From contig JAIRQE010000019.1 of NCBI GenBank assembly GCA_031256725.1, positions 30,001-62,000 on the forward strand: 32,000 nt of DNA, written 5' to 3'. This document shows positions 17,863-25,953 of the stretch, piece by piece; position 1 is the stretch's first letter; every line of letters starts with the position of its first letter. This DNA is from Propionibacteriaceae bacterium (GTDB taxonomy: Bacteria > Actinomycetota > Actinomycetes > Propionibacteriales > Propionibacteriaceae). The notes under the pieces were generated by a model. That model was not told the origin of the DNA. It made no database searches and was given only the letters and a program-made list of their open reading frames with translations. Position numbers and translations under genes: made by a program.

Positions 17863-18831
17863 ATGCGTACTGCTCAAGTCGGGAATACCGATCTTCGTGT
17901 TTCCCGTATGGGGCTGGGCACGATGTCGTGGGGTACCGGCACGCCGATCAGCGAAGTGGTACCCATGCTGTCGACTTTCATTGATCATGGTGGCAACCTC
18001 ATCGACACTGCCGCAGCATATGGTCAAGGCGAGGTCGAATCGCTTATTGGGCGCATCCTTTCATCCACGATACGACGTCAGGATCTTGTCATCGCCACCA
18101 AATCTGGGTTCATTGTCAGGAATGGACAACGGGTGATCGATAATTCTCCGCGTACCCTGCTCGCTGACTTGGAAGGCTCACTTCGCCGCTTGGGTACCGA
18201 TTGGGTTGATCTTTGGCAGATTCATGCCTGGGGTGAGGAGCCCTTGGAGGAAACCCTTACCGCAGCCGATCAAGCCGTGTCTATGGGTATGGCCCGCCAC
18301 GTTGGGGTCTCCAACTTTGTGGGCTGGCACGTGGCTCGGGCTGAAACCTGGCAGAGGGCTTTGCAACGTACCCCTATTTCGTCGGTACAGGCGGAGTACT
18401 CCCTGCTTGCTCGTCGAGCTGAATTGGAACTCTTGCCGTGCGTGAGCGCTCTCAGTCTTGGGTTCTTCCCCTGGTCTGGCTTGGGTCGTGGGGTCCTAAC
18501 TGGAAAGTATATTTCTGGGATACCATCAGGGTCTCGTGGGGATGATTCTTCGCTGTCATGGTTTGTGGAACAGTACTTCGATGCTGACTCCCGCAGGATC
18601 GTAAATGCAGTCGCGACTGCTGCCCATGGATTGTCGCTGACTCCAGCCCAAGTTGCGCTGATGTGGGTTCGGGATGCCCCCTATGTCACCGCTCCACTTG
18701 TGGGTCCTCGTGATCTTAACCAGCTTCTTCCCTTGCTGGCGACGGAGGACTTGTCCTTGCCTGATCCTATTGTTTCTGCCCTGGATGATGTTTCTGGTGG
18801 ACCCAATCAGGGGCGCTCACATCAATCGTAA
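17863..18831 (+). CDS. Aldo/keto reductase family oxidoreductase
   Basis: 322 aa with a typical AKR N-terminus (LGTMSWG...IDTAAAYGQGEVESLIG), GVSNF and other family motifs. Confidence 0.88.
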   Translation: MRTAQVGNTDLRVSRMGLGTMSWGTGTPISEVVPMLSTFIDHGGNLIDTAAAYGQGEVESLIGRILSSTIRRQDLVIATKSGFIVRNGQRVIDNSPRTLLADLEGSLRRLGTDWVDLWQIHAWGEEPLEETLTAADQAVSMGMARHVGVSNFVGWHVARAETWQRALQRTPISSVQAEYSLLARRAELELLPCVSALSLGFFPWSGLGRGVLTGKYISGIPSGSRGDDSSLSWFVEQYFDADSRRIVNAVATAAHGLSLTPAQVALMWVRDAPYVTAPLVGPRDLNQLLPLLATEDLSLPDPIVSALDDVSGGPNQGRSHQS

Positions 18832-18874
18832 CCAAGTTGAGACCAAACCGTTATGAAACCCACAGTAGTATGGA

Positions 18875-18903
18875 TTGACGAGCCTTAGTTTGCATCGTAT
18901 TAT
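18875..18903 (+). promoter_or_regulatory. Near-consensus sigma-A/sigma-70 type promoter for the ytfQ-like operon
   Basis: TTGACG (18875..18880), a 17-nt spacer, then TATTAT (18898..18903). It lies 44 nt after the reductase stop codon. Confidence 0.55.
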
Positions 18904-18918
18904 TGAAGAAATCACACA

Positions 18919-18932
18919 TGTGAGCGCTAACA
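18919..18932. promoter_or_regulatory. LacI/GalR-family type operator (cre-like palindrome)
   Basis: TGTGAGCGCTAACA is one mismatch from the perfect palindrome TGTGAGCGCTCACA and fits the pattern TGWNANCGNTNWCA. It begins ~16 nt after the -10 and so would overlap the predicted early transcribed region. Confidence 0.5.
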
Positions 18933-19116
18933 TCGAGAGGCGGCTAAGGTGGCCGCTACAGGGTCAGGGAATAGGTTAGCTTAGCAAAGGAGCTATCGAA
19001 GATCTGATCGACAAGCAGGCCCGCAAGCCCGCACATACTGGGTAAGTATCTCGATAACCGTCCCCGCGGTTGGATATGATATCCTACTTACACAACTATT
19101 TATAAAGGAGAAACTG

Positions 19117-20154
19117 GTGAATTTCCAGAAGATTGCTATTGGCGTGACAGGTGTCGCGCTGTTCCTCAGCCTCGCTGCTTGTGCAGGCGATCCTGTTGAC
19201 AAAGAAACCCCAGGTGGCGAAGTTTCTACTGAAGAGGGCTACAACCTCGTTCCTGCTGACACCAATGGCGACGGCCTCATCACACTCGGCTTCGCACAGG
19301 TTGGCGCTGAGTCCGGCTGGCGTACCGCTAACACCGACAGCTTCAAGAGCTACTTCGTTCCAGAGAACGGCTACGAGCTCGTTTTCGCTGACGCAAACCA
19401 GGATGCTGACAAGCAGAAGCAGGATGTTCGCGACCTGATTGCTCAAGGTGTTGAGGTTATCAACCTCGCTCCTGTGACCGACTCCGGCTGGGTGCCAATC
19501 CTCGAAGAGGCTAAGGCTGCTGGTATTCCGTTGATCGTGTCCGACCGTCAGTTGATGGTGGACGAGAACCTCTACCTCACCTACTTCGGTGGTGACATGG
19601 AAGGTGAAGGCAAGACCGCTGTTAAGTGGCTCAAGGACTACATCGACGCTGGGGCTATCGCTGACGACATCAACATCGTGCACCTCCAGGGCACCATCGG
19701 CTCCACCGCTCAAAAGGGCCGCACCAAGGCTCTCGACGATGCAGCTCCAGGGTACTCTTGGAACATCGTTGCCCAGCAGACTGGCGAGTTCACCCGTGCA
19801 AAGGGCCAGGAAGTCATGGAATCCATCATCCAGCAGGGTTTGGACTTCAACGTCATTTACTCTGAGAACGACGACATGACCTACGGTGCCATCGACGCGC
19901 TCAAGGCCGCTGGTATCGACCACAAGGAGAAGATCATCATCTCCTTTGACGGCAACAAGTCCGCTGTACAGATGGTTGTTGACGGTGACATCGACGTGAT
20001 CGCCGAGTGCGATCCACTCCTTGGCCCACAGATTGGTGGCCTGATTCAGGACGCCATGGCTGGCAAGAAGATCGCCAAGATTACCTACTCAGTTGAAGGC
20101 TTCATCGACTCGACCAATGCGGCCGAGAAGTTGCTGACAGCCTTCGGCTCGTAA
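19117..20154 (+). CDS. ytfQ: Sugar ABC transporter substrate-binding lipoprotein, YtfQ (galactofuranose-binding) type
   Basis: 345 aa. GTG start with AAGGAG 7 nt upstream and lipobox LAAC. GFAQVGAESGWRTANT and GEFTRAKGQEVMESII closely match E. coli YtfQ (GFSQVGSESGWRAAET, GDFTRSKGKEVMESFI). Confidence 0.88.
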   Translation: MNFQKIAIGVTGVALFLSLAACAGDPVDKETPGGEVSTEEGYNLVPADTNGDGLITLGFAQVGAESGWRTANTDSFKSYFVPENGYELVFADANQDADKQKQDVRDLIAQGVEVINLAPVTDSGWVPILEEAKAAGIPLIVSDRQLMVDENLYLTYFGGDMEGEGKTAVKWLKDYIDAGAIADDINIVHLQGTIGSTAQKGRTKALDDAAPGYSWNIVAQQTGEFTRAKGQEVMESIIQQGLDFNVIYSENDDMTYGAIDALKAAGIDHKEKIIISFDGNKSAVQMVVDGDIDVIAECDPLLGPQIGGLIQDAMAGKKIAKITYSVEGFIDSTNAAEKLLTAFGS

Positions 20155-20164
20155 ATAAGTCGTG

Positions 20165-20247
20165 AACCACCTTATGGTGGTTACCGTCTAACATGGAGGC
20201 GGGCACGTGGAGCTTAAAGGCATCGCGTGTCCGCCTTTCATCCTTTA
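20165..20247 (+). terminator. Two hairpins after ytfQ; the second resembles an intrinsic attenuator/terminator
   Basis: Hairpin 1 is AACCACC-ttat-GGTGGTT (20165..20182). Hairpin 2 is AGGCGGGCACG (20197..20207) / CGTGTCCGCCT (20226..20236), 11 bp including one G-T, followed by the T-rich TTCATCCTTTAT. Confidence 0.45.
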
Positions 20248-20269
20248 TGAGTAGGACAAGGAGACCGAT

Positions 20270-21787
20270 ATGACCCATCCACTGATCAGGATGCGGTCCA
20301 TCACCAAGAACTTCCCTGGAGTTCTCGCCCTGGACAATGTGGATTTCACCCTTCATGCTGGTGAGATTCACGCTCTGATGGGCGAAAACGGAGCAGGGAA
20401 ATCAACCCTCGTCAAGGTCCTCACAGGCGCGGAAGCCTTTGAATCTGGCGAAATCTACCTAGGCGATGAGACACAAACAATCATCAACAATTCCCCTCAA
20501 CAAGCCCAACAACGCGGGATCTCCACGGTGTACCAAGAGGTCAACCTCTGCCCCAACCTCACTGTTGCCGAAAACCTCTTTGTAGGGCGCCAACCCAAAC
20601 GCTTTGGTTTCGTCCACTGGGCCGAGATGAACCGTAGAGCCCGCACAATTATGGAGGATATTGGCGTCGACATTAATGTCGAAAAACCCCTTGAAACCTA
20701 CTCCCTAGCCGTCCAACAAATGGTTGCTATCGGGCGAGCCATTGATATCTCAGTCAATGTTTTGATCCTTGATGAACCCACCAGTTCCCTCAATGAAGCA
20801 GAGGTGGCCAAACTCTTCGATCTCATGAGGAAGCTGAAAGGCCAGGGTATCGGGATCATCTTCATTACCCACTTCCTTGAACAGGTCTATGAGGTATGCG
20901 ACAAGATCACTGTGCTCCGAAATGGTGGTCTCGTTGGTGAATATGCCATTGAGACTATGCCCCGCAAGGATCTTGTTGCCGCAATGCTTGGGCGTTCTTT
21001 CGATGATCTTGCTGCAATCCAACATGAGGGTTCTGACATCAACGAGAAGAGCGATGAGCCCCTGATTTCTGCTCAAGGGTTGGGGGTCAGAGGTGGAGTG
21101 AAACCCTTCGACTTGAATATCTATCGTGGGGAGGTTGTCGGCCTCGCTGGTTTGCTGGGCTCTGGACGTACCGAGGTCGCTCGCGCGATTTATGGAGCCG
21201 ATAACCCCGATGCGGGTACCTTAGAAGCCAAGGGCAAAAAGCTTCGTCATAATCCCCTAGCTGCCATGAGAGCAGGTATGGCCTTCTGTCCTGAATCCCG
21301 TAAACATGAGGGCTGTGTTGCAGATCTTTCCGTACGCGAGAACATCATCTTGGCTGAGCAAACCAAGCGGGGCGTCTTCCGACTCATGTCTCGCGCCGAA
21401 CAGGAGAAGATTGCGAAGAAGTACGTTGATCTGCTCCAGATCAAAACCGCAAGCCTTGAGACCCCCATTAGCCAACTCTCCGGCGGGAACCAGCAGAAGG
21501 TTATCCTTGCCCGTTGGCTGGCCACCCACCCTGAGTTCCTGATCCTTGACGAGCCGACCCGTGGTATCGACGTTGGTACCAAAGCCGAAATTCAAAAGCT
21601 CTGTGTGGAACTCGCTGACGAAGGCATGGCTGTACTTTTCATATCCTCAGAAATCGATGAGATGTTGCGTACCTGTTCTCGTATCGGGATCATGAGGGAC
21701 CTCAAGAAGGTCGGCGAAATCTCAGGCGAGGACCTGTCCTCGTCAACCGTTATGTCTATGATTGCAGGAGGTGAGACGCATGAGTGA
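20270..21787 (+). CDS. ytfR: Sugar ABC transporter ATP-binding protein with duplicated NBDs (YtfR type)
   Basis: 505 aa. It has Walker A GENGAGKST, two LSGGNQQK/ABC signature regions and two Walker B motifs (LILDEPT). AAGGAGA SD upstream. Confidence 0.9.
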   Translation: MTHPLIRMRSITKNFPGVLALDNVDFTLHAGEIHALMGENGAGKSTLVKVLTGAEAFESGEIYLGDETQTIINNSPQQAQQRGISTVYQEVNLCPNLTVAENLFVGRQPKRFGFVHWAEMNRRARTIMEDIGVDINVEKPLETYSLAVQQMVAIGRAIDISVNVLILDEPTSSLNEAEVAKLFDLMRKLKGQGIGIIFITHFLEQVYEVCDKITVLRNGGLVGEYAIETMPRKDLVAAMLGRSFDDLAAIQHEGSDINEKSDEPLISAQGLGVRGGVKPFDLNIYRGEVVGLAGLLGSGRTEVARAIYGADNPDAGTLEAKGKKLRHNPLAAMRAGMAFCPESRKHEGCVADLSVRENIILAEQTKRGVFRLMSRAEQEKIAKKYVDLLQIKTASLETPISQLSGGNQQKVILARWLATHPEFLILDEPTRGIDVGTKAEIQKLCVELADEGMAVLFISSEIDEMLRTCSRIGIMRDLKKVGEISGEDLSSSTVMSMIAGGETHE

Positions 21788-22931
21788 GACCAATGTGCTG
21801 AAAAAGATTGTGCGTAACCGCATGTTCTTCCCACTGGTGTGCCTGGCCTTGGTTCTGATCATCAACATGATCGTCACAGCCGCCCAGGGGGGGTCTCCCC
21901 TGTCCTTCTTCGAGGTTCGGATGATTGCGGAGACGGGTACCCTAGCAGGCCCCCTGATCACTATCCTCAATCGCGCCTCAGAACTGGTGATCCTAGCTGT
22001 GGGTATGACCCTGGTTGTTTCGTGTACCAAGGGTGCTGATATTTCGGTGGGTTCGGTGATGGTACTCTCTGGCGCAGTCAGTATCTGGTTCCTCGGTTTC
22101 GGCCAACTCCAAGCCAACAATTACCACGTTTCTGAGTACGTCGTACCCTATGTTGTCGGTCTCTTGGCAGCCCTCATCGTCGGTGGTATCTGTGGTCTGT
22201 GGCATGGATTCCTGGTTGCGAAACTCAAGATCCAACCAATGATTGCCACCTTGATCCTCCTCATTGGTGGCCGCGGTATCGCCAAGGTTGTTGCCAATGG
22301 GCAGATCAACCATGTGGATGTTCCGAGTTACCGCTGGCTTGGGAACACGATTCAAAATGCTGATGGGGTCAATCCTCTTTTGCTTCCCACACCCATCTTT
22401 GTGGCTGCTTTCGTGGTCCTGGTTGCTGCCCTGCTGTTGAAGTTCACGGCCCTGGGAATGAACATCCAGTCGGTGGGCATTAATGATCGTTCCAGTCGAA
22501 TCCTTGGCTTGAATTCTGTCAGGATCATCTTCACGGTCTTCGTGATCTGCGGTGTATGCGCAGCAATTGCTGGCATGATCGCCACCTCTCGTATTTCAAG
22601 CGTGGACACCCAAAACGTCGGAAAGATGATCGAACTCGATGCCATTCTCGCTGTCGCCCTGGGCGGAAACTCTTTGGCAGGCGGACGATTCTCCCTCGCG
22701 GGTTCTGTGATCGGCGCTGTAACCATCCAGACTCTAACGACGGTACTCTATTCGCTGAGTGTCTCCCCCGACCAGTTGCCTTTCTTCAAGGCGATCGTTG
22801 TGATCATCATTGTGATCCTTCAGTCTCCACAGTTGAGGCCTTTACTGGATAAGGGTGTGGCTCGGGTGAAGAACCTCTTCGGCATTAATAAACAATTGTT
22901 TACTGACCCGCAGGAGGTGAATCAATCATGA
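21780..22931 (+). CDS. ytfT: Sugar ABC transporter permease (YtfT type)
   Basis: Polytopic membrane protein. I prefer the ATG at 21780 (AGGAGGTG 7 nt upstream, 8-nt overlap with the ytfR stop) over the track start at 21762. Confidence 0.85.
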   Translation: MSETNVLKKIVRNRMFFPLVCLALVLIINMIVTAAQGGSPLSFFEVRMIAETGTLAGPLITILNRASELVILAVGMTLVVSCTKGADISVGSVMVLSGAVSIWFLGFGQLQANNYHVSEYVVPYVVGLLAALIVGGICGLWHGFLVAKLKIQPMIATLILLIGGRGIAKVVANGQINHVDVPSYRWLGNTIQNADGVNPLLLPTPIFVAAFVVLVAALLLKFTALGMNIQSVGINDRSSRILGLNSVRIIFTVFVICGVCAAIAGMIATSRISSVDTQNVGKMIELDAILAVALGGNSLAGGRFSLAGSVIGAVTIQTLTTVLYSLSVSPDQLPFFKAIVVIIIVILQSPQLRPLLDKGVARVKNLFGINKQLFTDPQEVNQS

Positions 22932-23995
22932 CGAACCTTACCACTATGGATTCACCAAGCTTTGGTGCGCACCTGTGGCGTGTCACGAGAGCCCGATTCG
23001 GTGGGAATAACTTCCTTCTCCTGATCACGATTATCCTCTTTGCGGGAATGTACCTCTTTGGGTCCGTTGTCTATTCAAGCAAGAACTTCGGTACATTGAA
23101 CTCCTTCTTCGACATGCTGAACTCCAACTCGGCATTGATCGTTCTTGCAGCTGGTATGACGATGGTTTTGATCTCTGGAGGAATCGACATCTCTGTGGGT
23201 GCCCAGATCGCGATGTACTGCATGATGTTCGCCTATTTCATGGAACATCAATTCGTGAACGCCTACGTGATGATTCTGGTCGTACTCATTACGGGTATCG
23301 TCTTCGGTCTCATCCAGGGTGTACTCGTGGCCTATTTCGACATCCAACCTTTCATTGTGACTCTGGCTGGGATGTTCCTCGCACGAGGGATGACCGCCAT
23401 GATCTCACCACAGACGATCAGCATCACGAACAAGGATTTCATGGCGCTCGCCAAGTTCCAGATCAAATTCCCCTTCGGTGGGTATACGAATGCTGCTGGG
23501 GTCTACCAGCAACCCTTCATCTACCTCCACGTGGTCCTTGCCCTGGTGGCACTCATCGCCTTGTACATGGTGATGACCTGGTCGAAGTTTGGTCGTAGTG
23601 TCTATGCCGTGGGTGGATCTGAACAATCAGCGAAACTCATGGGTTTGAATGTCAGACGTACCAAGATGATGGTCTATGTCGTCAACGGTTTCCTGGCAGC
23701 CTTTGCTGGTTTCCTTTTCTGCTTGTTCTCCCCAGGAGGCGCAGTAGAGAAGGCTCCTGCCTATGAGATGTACGCCATTGCAGCTGCTGTCATCGGTGGC
23801 GCAATGTTCACAGGCGGTGTGGGAAATATCCTTGGTTCCGTCTTCGGTGTTCTCGTACAGTCCACGATCATCAAGTTCGTGAACTTCAACGGCACCCTAT
23901 CCAATGGCTGGCCCGAAGTGATCCGCGCAGCGATCATGAGCTTCTTCATTATCCTGCAGTCCGTCTTCACCTATGTACGAAAACGACGAGAGTAG
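22928..23995 (+). CDS. yjfF: Sugar ABC transporter permease (YjfF type)
   Basis: 355 aa polytopic protein with an ATGA start/stop overlap with ytfT. It is the second permease of the ytfQRT-yjfF arrangement. Confidence 0.85.
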   Translation: MTNLTTMDSPSFGAHLWRVTRARFGGNNFLLLITIILFAGMYLFGSVVYSSKNFGTLNSFFDMLNSNSALIVLAAGMTMVLISGGIDISVGAQIAMYCMMFAYFMEHQFVNAYVMILVVLITGIVFGLIQGVLVAYFDIQPFIVTLAGMFLARGMTAMISPQTISITNKDFMALAKFQIKFPFGGYTNAAGVYQQPFIYLHVVLALVALIALYMVMTWSKFGRSVYAVGGSEQSAKLMGLNVRRTKMMVYVVNGFLAAFAGFLFCLFSPGGAVEKAPAYEMYAIAAAVIGGAMFTGGVGNILGSVFGVLVQSTIIKFVNFNGTLSNGWPEVIRAAIMSFFIILQSVFTYVRKRRE

Positions 23996-24174
23996 TACCT
24001 GAAGGTGCACTCAACTGGTCATGACTGAAAGGTTGTGACCAGAGCACTTCGTGAAGTCTTATGTCTATGTAGCTCTAGATGGTAGATTATCGTTGCTTCT
24101 TTTCATAGCCATATGCTATATGGATTCATGATTGATGCTTTTTTAAATACGCTAGTTCAGGTAGTGCGAACTGT

Positions 24175-24203
24175 CGAAGTACTGGTTTGACGACAGTACT
24201 TCG
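24175..24203. terminator. Strong hairpin in the convergent intergenic region (possible terminator)
   Basis: CGAAGTACTG (24175..24184) / CAGTACTTCG (24194..24203) forms a perfect 10-bp stem with a 9-nt loop. There is no clear T-tract. Confidence 0.35.
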
Positions 24204-24300
24204 TCACAAAGATTAGTTTTCCCTACCTGGTTTATTCCAGCACCAACAAAACCTCACTGGCCAAAGGCATCACAACCATACATCAGGTACTAACCTGAGC

Positions 24301-24308
24301 TCTTAACC
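24301..24308. repeat. Left copy of the 8-bp target-site duplication (TCTTAACC)
   Basis: Identical to 25786..25793 and directly abuts the IS left inverted repeat. Confidence 0.85.
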
Positions 24309-25785
24309 GGCTCCTCTCAGATTAGGTGGGGGTGGGAGGGGACACGCTGAGTGGGGTGGTGGTGGAAGGGGGTCGTGTCCTTGAAGAATTGATGGTGTCA
24401 ACCACGTCAATTACTTGAAGGACCCGACCTGTGTTCCATTCTACTGATTCTTATGGTGTTACCGCTGATAGTGAGTGTTCCCGGTGTGATCGACTTCTTG
24501 ATTTGAATGGGTATCATGTGATTCGGGTTGAGGGGGATGGGAGTGGTCATCTGATTGTTGAGATTGAATCAAGTCGTTCTTCGCCTGGGTGTCCTGGTTG
24601 TGGGGTGGTCACCCTCAGTCATGGTCGTAGGGAACACCGGTTGGTTGATTGCCCGTGTTTTGGTCGACCAGTGGAACTGGTGTGGCGGAAACACACATGG
24701 AAATGTATGGAGGACACATGTCCTGTGAGACTCATCACTGAACAAGATGACAATATTGCTCAACCGCGGGGACTGTTATCCACTTGGGCTATGTGGTGGG
24801 CTGCACGTCAACTGCGATGGGAGAACGCATCGGTTGCTGGGCTTGCCCGCCAACTAGGAACCGCATGGGCAACAGTGAACACAGCAATCATGGGATTACT
24901 AGTTGGTCTTGACCGTGATCCGTCTCGTTTCGCTGGGGTGGAAGTCCTGGGTGTGGACGAACACCTGTGGCATCACATGAACCCTGCTCGTCGGGGGCCA
25001 CGCGAGTTCACTGGCATGGTTGATCTGACGCGCGACAAGAATGGACGCACTCACGCTCGGCTCCTGGATCTTGTTCCAGGCAGATCAGGGAAAGCCTATT
25101 CAACCTGGTTACAAGCCCATGACCCCGAATTCATCAAGGGTGTGAAAATCGCTGCACTCGACCCATTTCGAGGCTATAAGAACGCGATCGATGATCATCT
25201 TGACGACGCTCGCGCGGTCCTGGATGCATTCCACGTCACCAAACTCGGGTATCAAGCCCTCGACCAAGTACGCTGCCGAGTCCAACACACCACCCTCGGG
25301 CACCGTGGCCGCAAGAAAGACCCCCTCTACAAGATCAGGCGAGTGTTAGTCACCGGGATCGAACGCCTCTCTGAGCGTCAATGGGAACGCCTCATTCAGG
25401 GTCTCGAACACGGAGACCCTGACAGTGAAGTGACCATCGCATGGCAATGCGCCGGGCAACTACGTGACGCCTACCATAACAAAAACTTGAACGCCGGATT
25501 AAGGCAAGCACTCCGCCTCGTGAGAATCCTCCCGACCTGCCCCATCCCCGAGATCGCCCGACTCGGGCGAACCCTGAAACAATGGAAACAAGAATACTTG
25601 GCCTACTGGACCACCAACCGCACCACCAACGGCGGAACCGAAGCCATCAACAACCTCATCGAACTCCACCGACGCATCGCCAGAGGCTTCACCAACCCCC
25701 ACCACTACCGACTCAGAATGCTCCTCATCGGCGGAGCCTTCAACCACCCACAACTCAACTACCCCCACCGCAAATGAGAAGAGCC
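24309..25785 (+). mobile_element. Complete ISL3-family insertion sequence (1477 bp)
   Basis: IRL is GGCTCCTCTCAGATTAGGTGGGGGTGG (24309..24335). The reverse complement of IRR is GGCTCTTCTCATTTGCGGTGGGGGTAG (25759..25785). They are identical at 21/27 positions and have the canonical ISL3 GGCTCTT-type tips. There is a single transposase ORF ending inside IRR, flanked by a perfect 8-bp TSD. Confidence 0.9.
24431..25777 (+). CDS. ISL3-family transposase
   Basis: 448 aa with a GTG start. It has an N-terminal zinc-finger region (CSRC...CPGCG...), LLDLNGYHVIRVE, a DDE-domain region (GVDEHLW..., AALDPFRGYKNAI..., TNGGTEAINNLIE) and the typical ISL3 layout. Confidence 0.9.
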   Translation: MFHSTDSYGVTADSECSRCDRLLDLNGYHVIRVEGDGSGHLIVEIESSRSSPGCPGCGVVTLSHGRREHRLVDCPCFGRPVELVWRKHTWKCMEDTCPVRLITEQDDNIAQPRGLLSTWAMWWAARQLRWENASVAGLARQLGTAWATVNTAIMGLLVGLDRDPSRFAGVEVLGVDEHLWHHMNPARRGPREFTGMVDLTRDKNGRTHARLLDLVPGRSGKAYSTWLQAHDPEFIKGVKIAALDPFRGYKNAIDDHLDDARAVLDAFHVTKLGYQALDQVRCRVQHTTLGHRGRKKDPLYKIRRVLVTGIERLSERQWERLIQGLEHGDPDSEVTIAWQCAGQLRDAYHNKNLNAGLRQALRLVRILPTCPIPEIARLGRTLKQWKQEYLAYWTTNRTTNGGTEAINNLIELHRRIARGFTNPHHYRLRMLLIGGAFNHPQLNYPHRK

Positions 25786-25793
25786 TCTTAACC
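25786..25793. repeat. Right copy of the 8-bp target-site duplication (TCTTAACC)
   Basis: Identical to 24301..24308 and directly abuts IRR. Confidence 0.85.
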
Positions 25794-25953
25794 GGACCCA
25801 CACCAACTGTCAAGACCCATCCCATATAGCGATATGAGTATAAATTTTCCAAACCATCAGTTTATATAACATTGTTCTTTGTTACCAATGTTTTACCTAG
25901 TCATCACGAATGCTCCCATAAATTTTTCCAGCAAACATAGGATCATCGCGTCA

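Noticed and set aside
19096-19923. A 275-codon minus-strand ORF opposite ytfQ.
   Set aside because: The plus-strand product matches YtfQ motif for motif and has a lipoprotein signal and an SD. The antisense translation is a low-complexity Val/Asp/Leu/Gly-rich string produced by the strong codon bias of ytfQ.
21762-21779. The track start (MQEVRR...) for the ytfT-like permease.
   Set aside because: The ATG at 21780 has AGGAGGTG at ideal spacing and gives a short coupled overlap with ytfR. The upstream start has no SD and adds six non-hydrophobic residues.
24113-24190. A 25-codon hydrophobic mini-ORF (MLYGFMIDAFLNTLVQVVRTVEVLV) ending in the 10-bp hairpin, considered as a type I toxin candidate.
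   Set aside because: It has no SD or plausible promoter, no antisense RNA signature that I can see, and its length and composition are easily produced by chance in AT-rich DNA.
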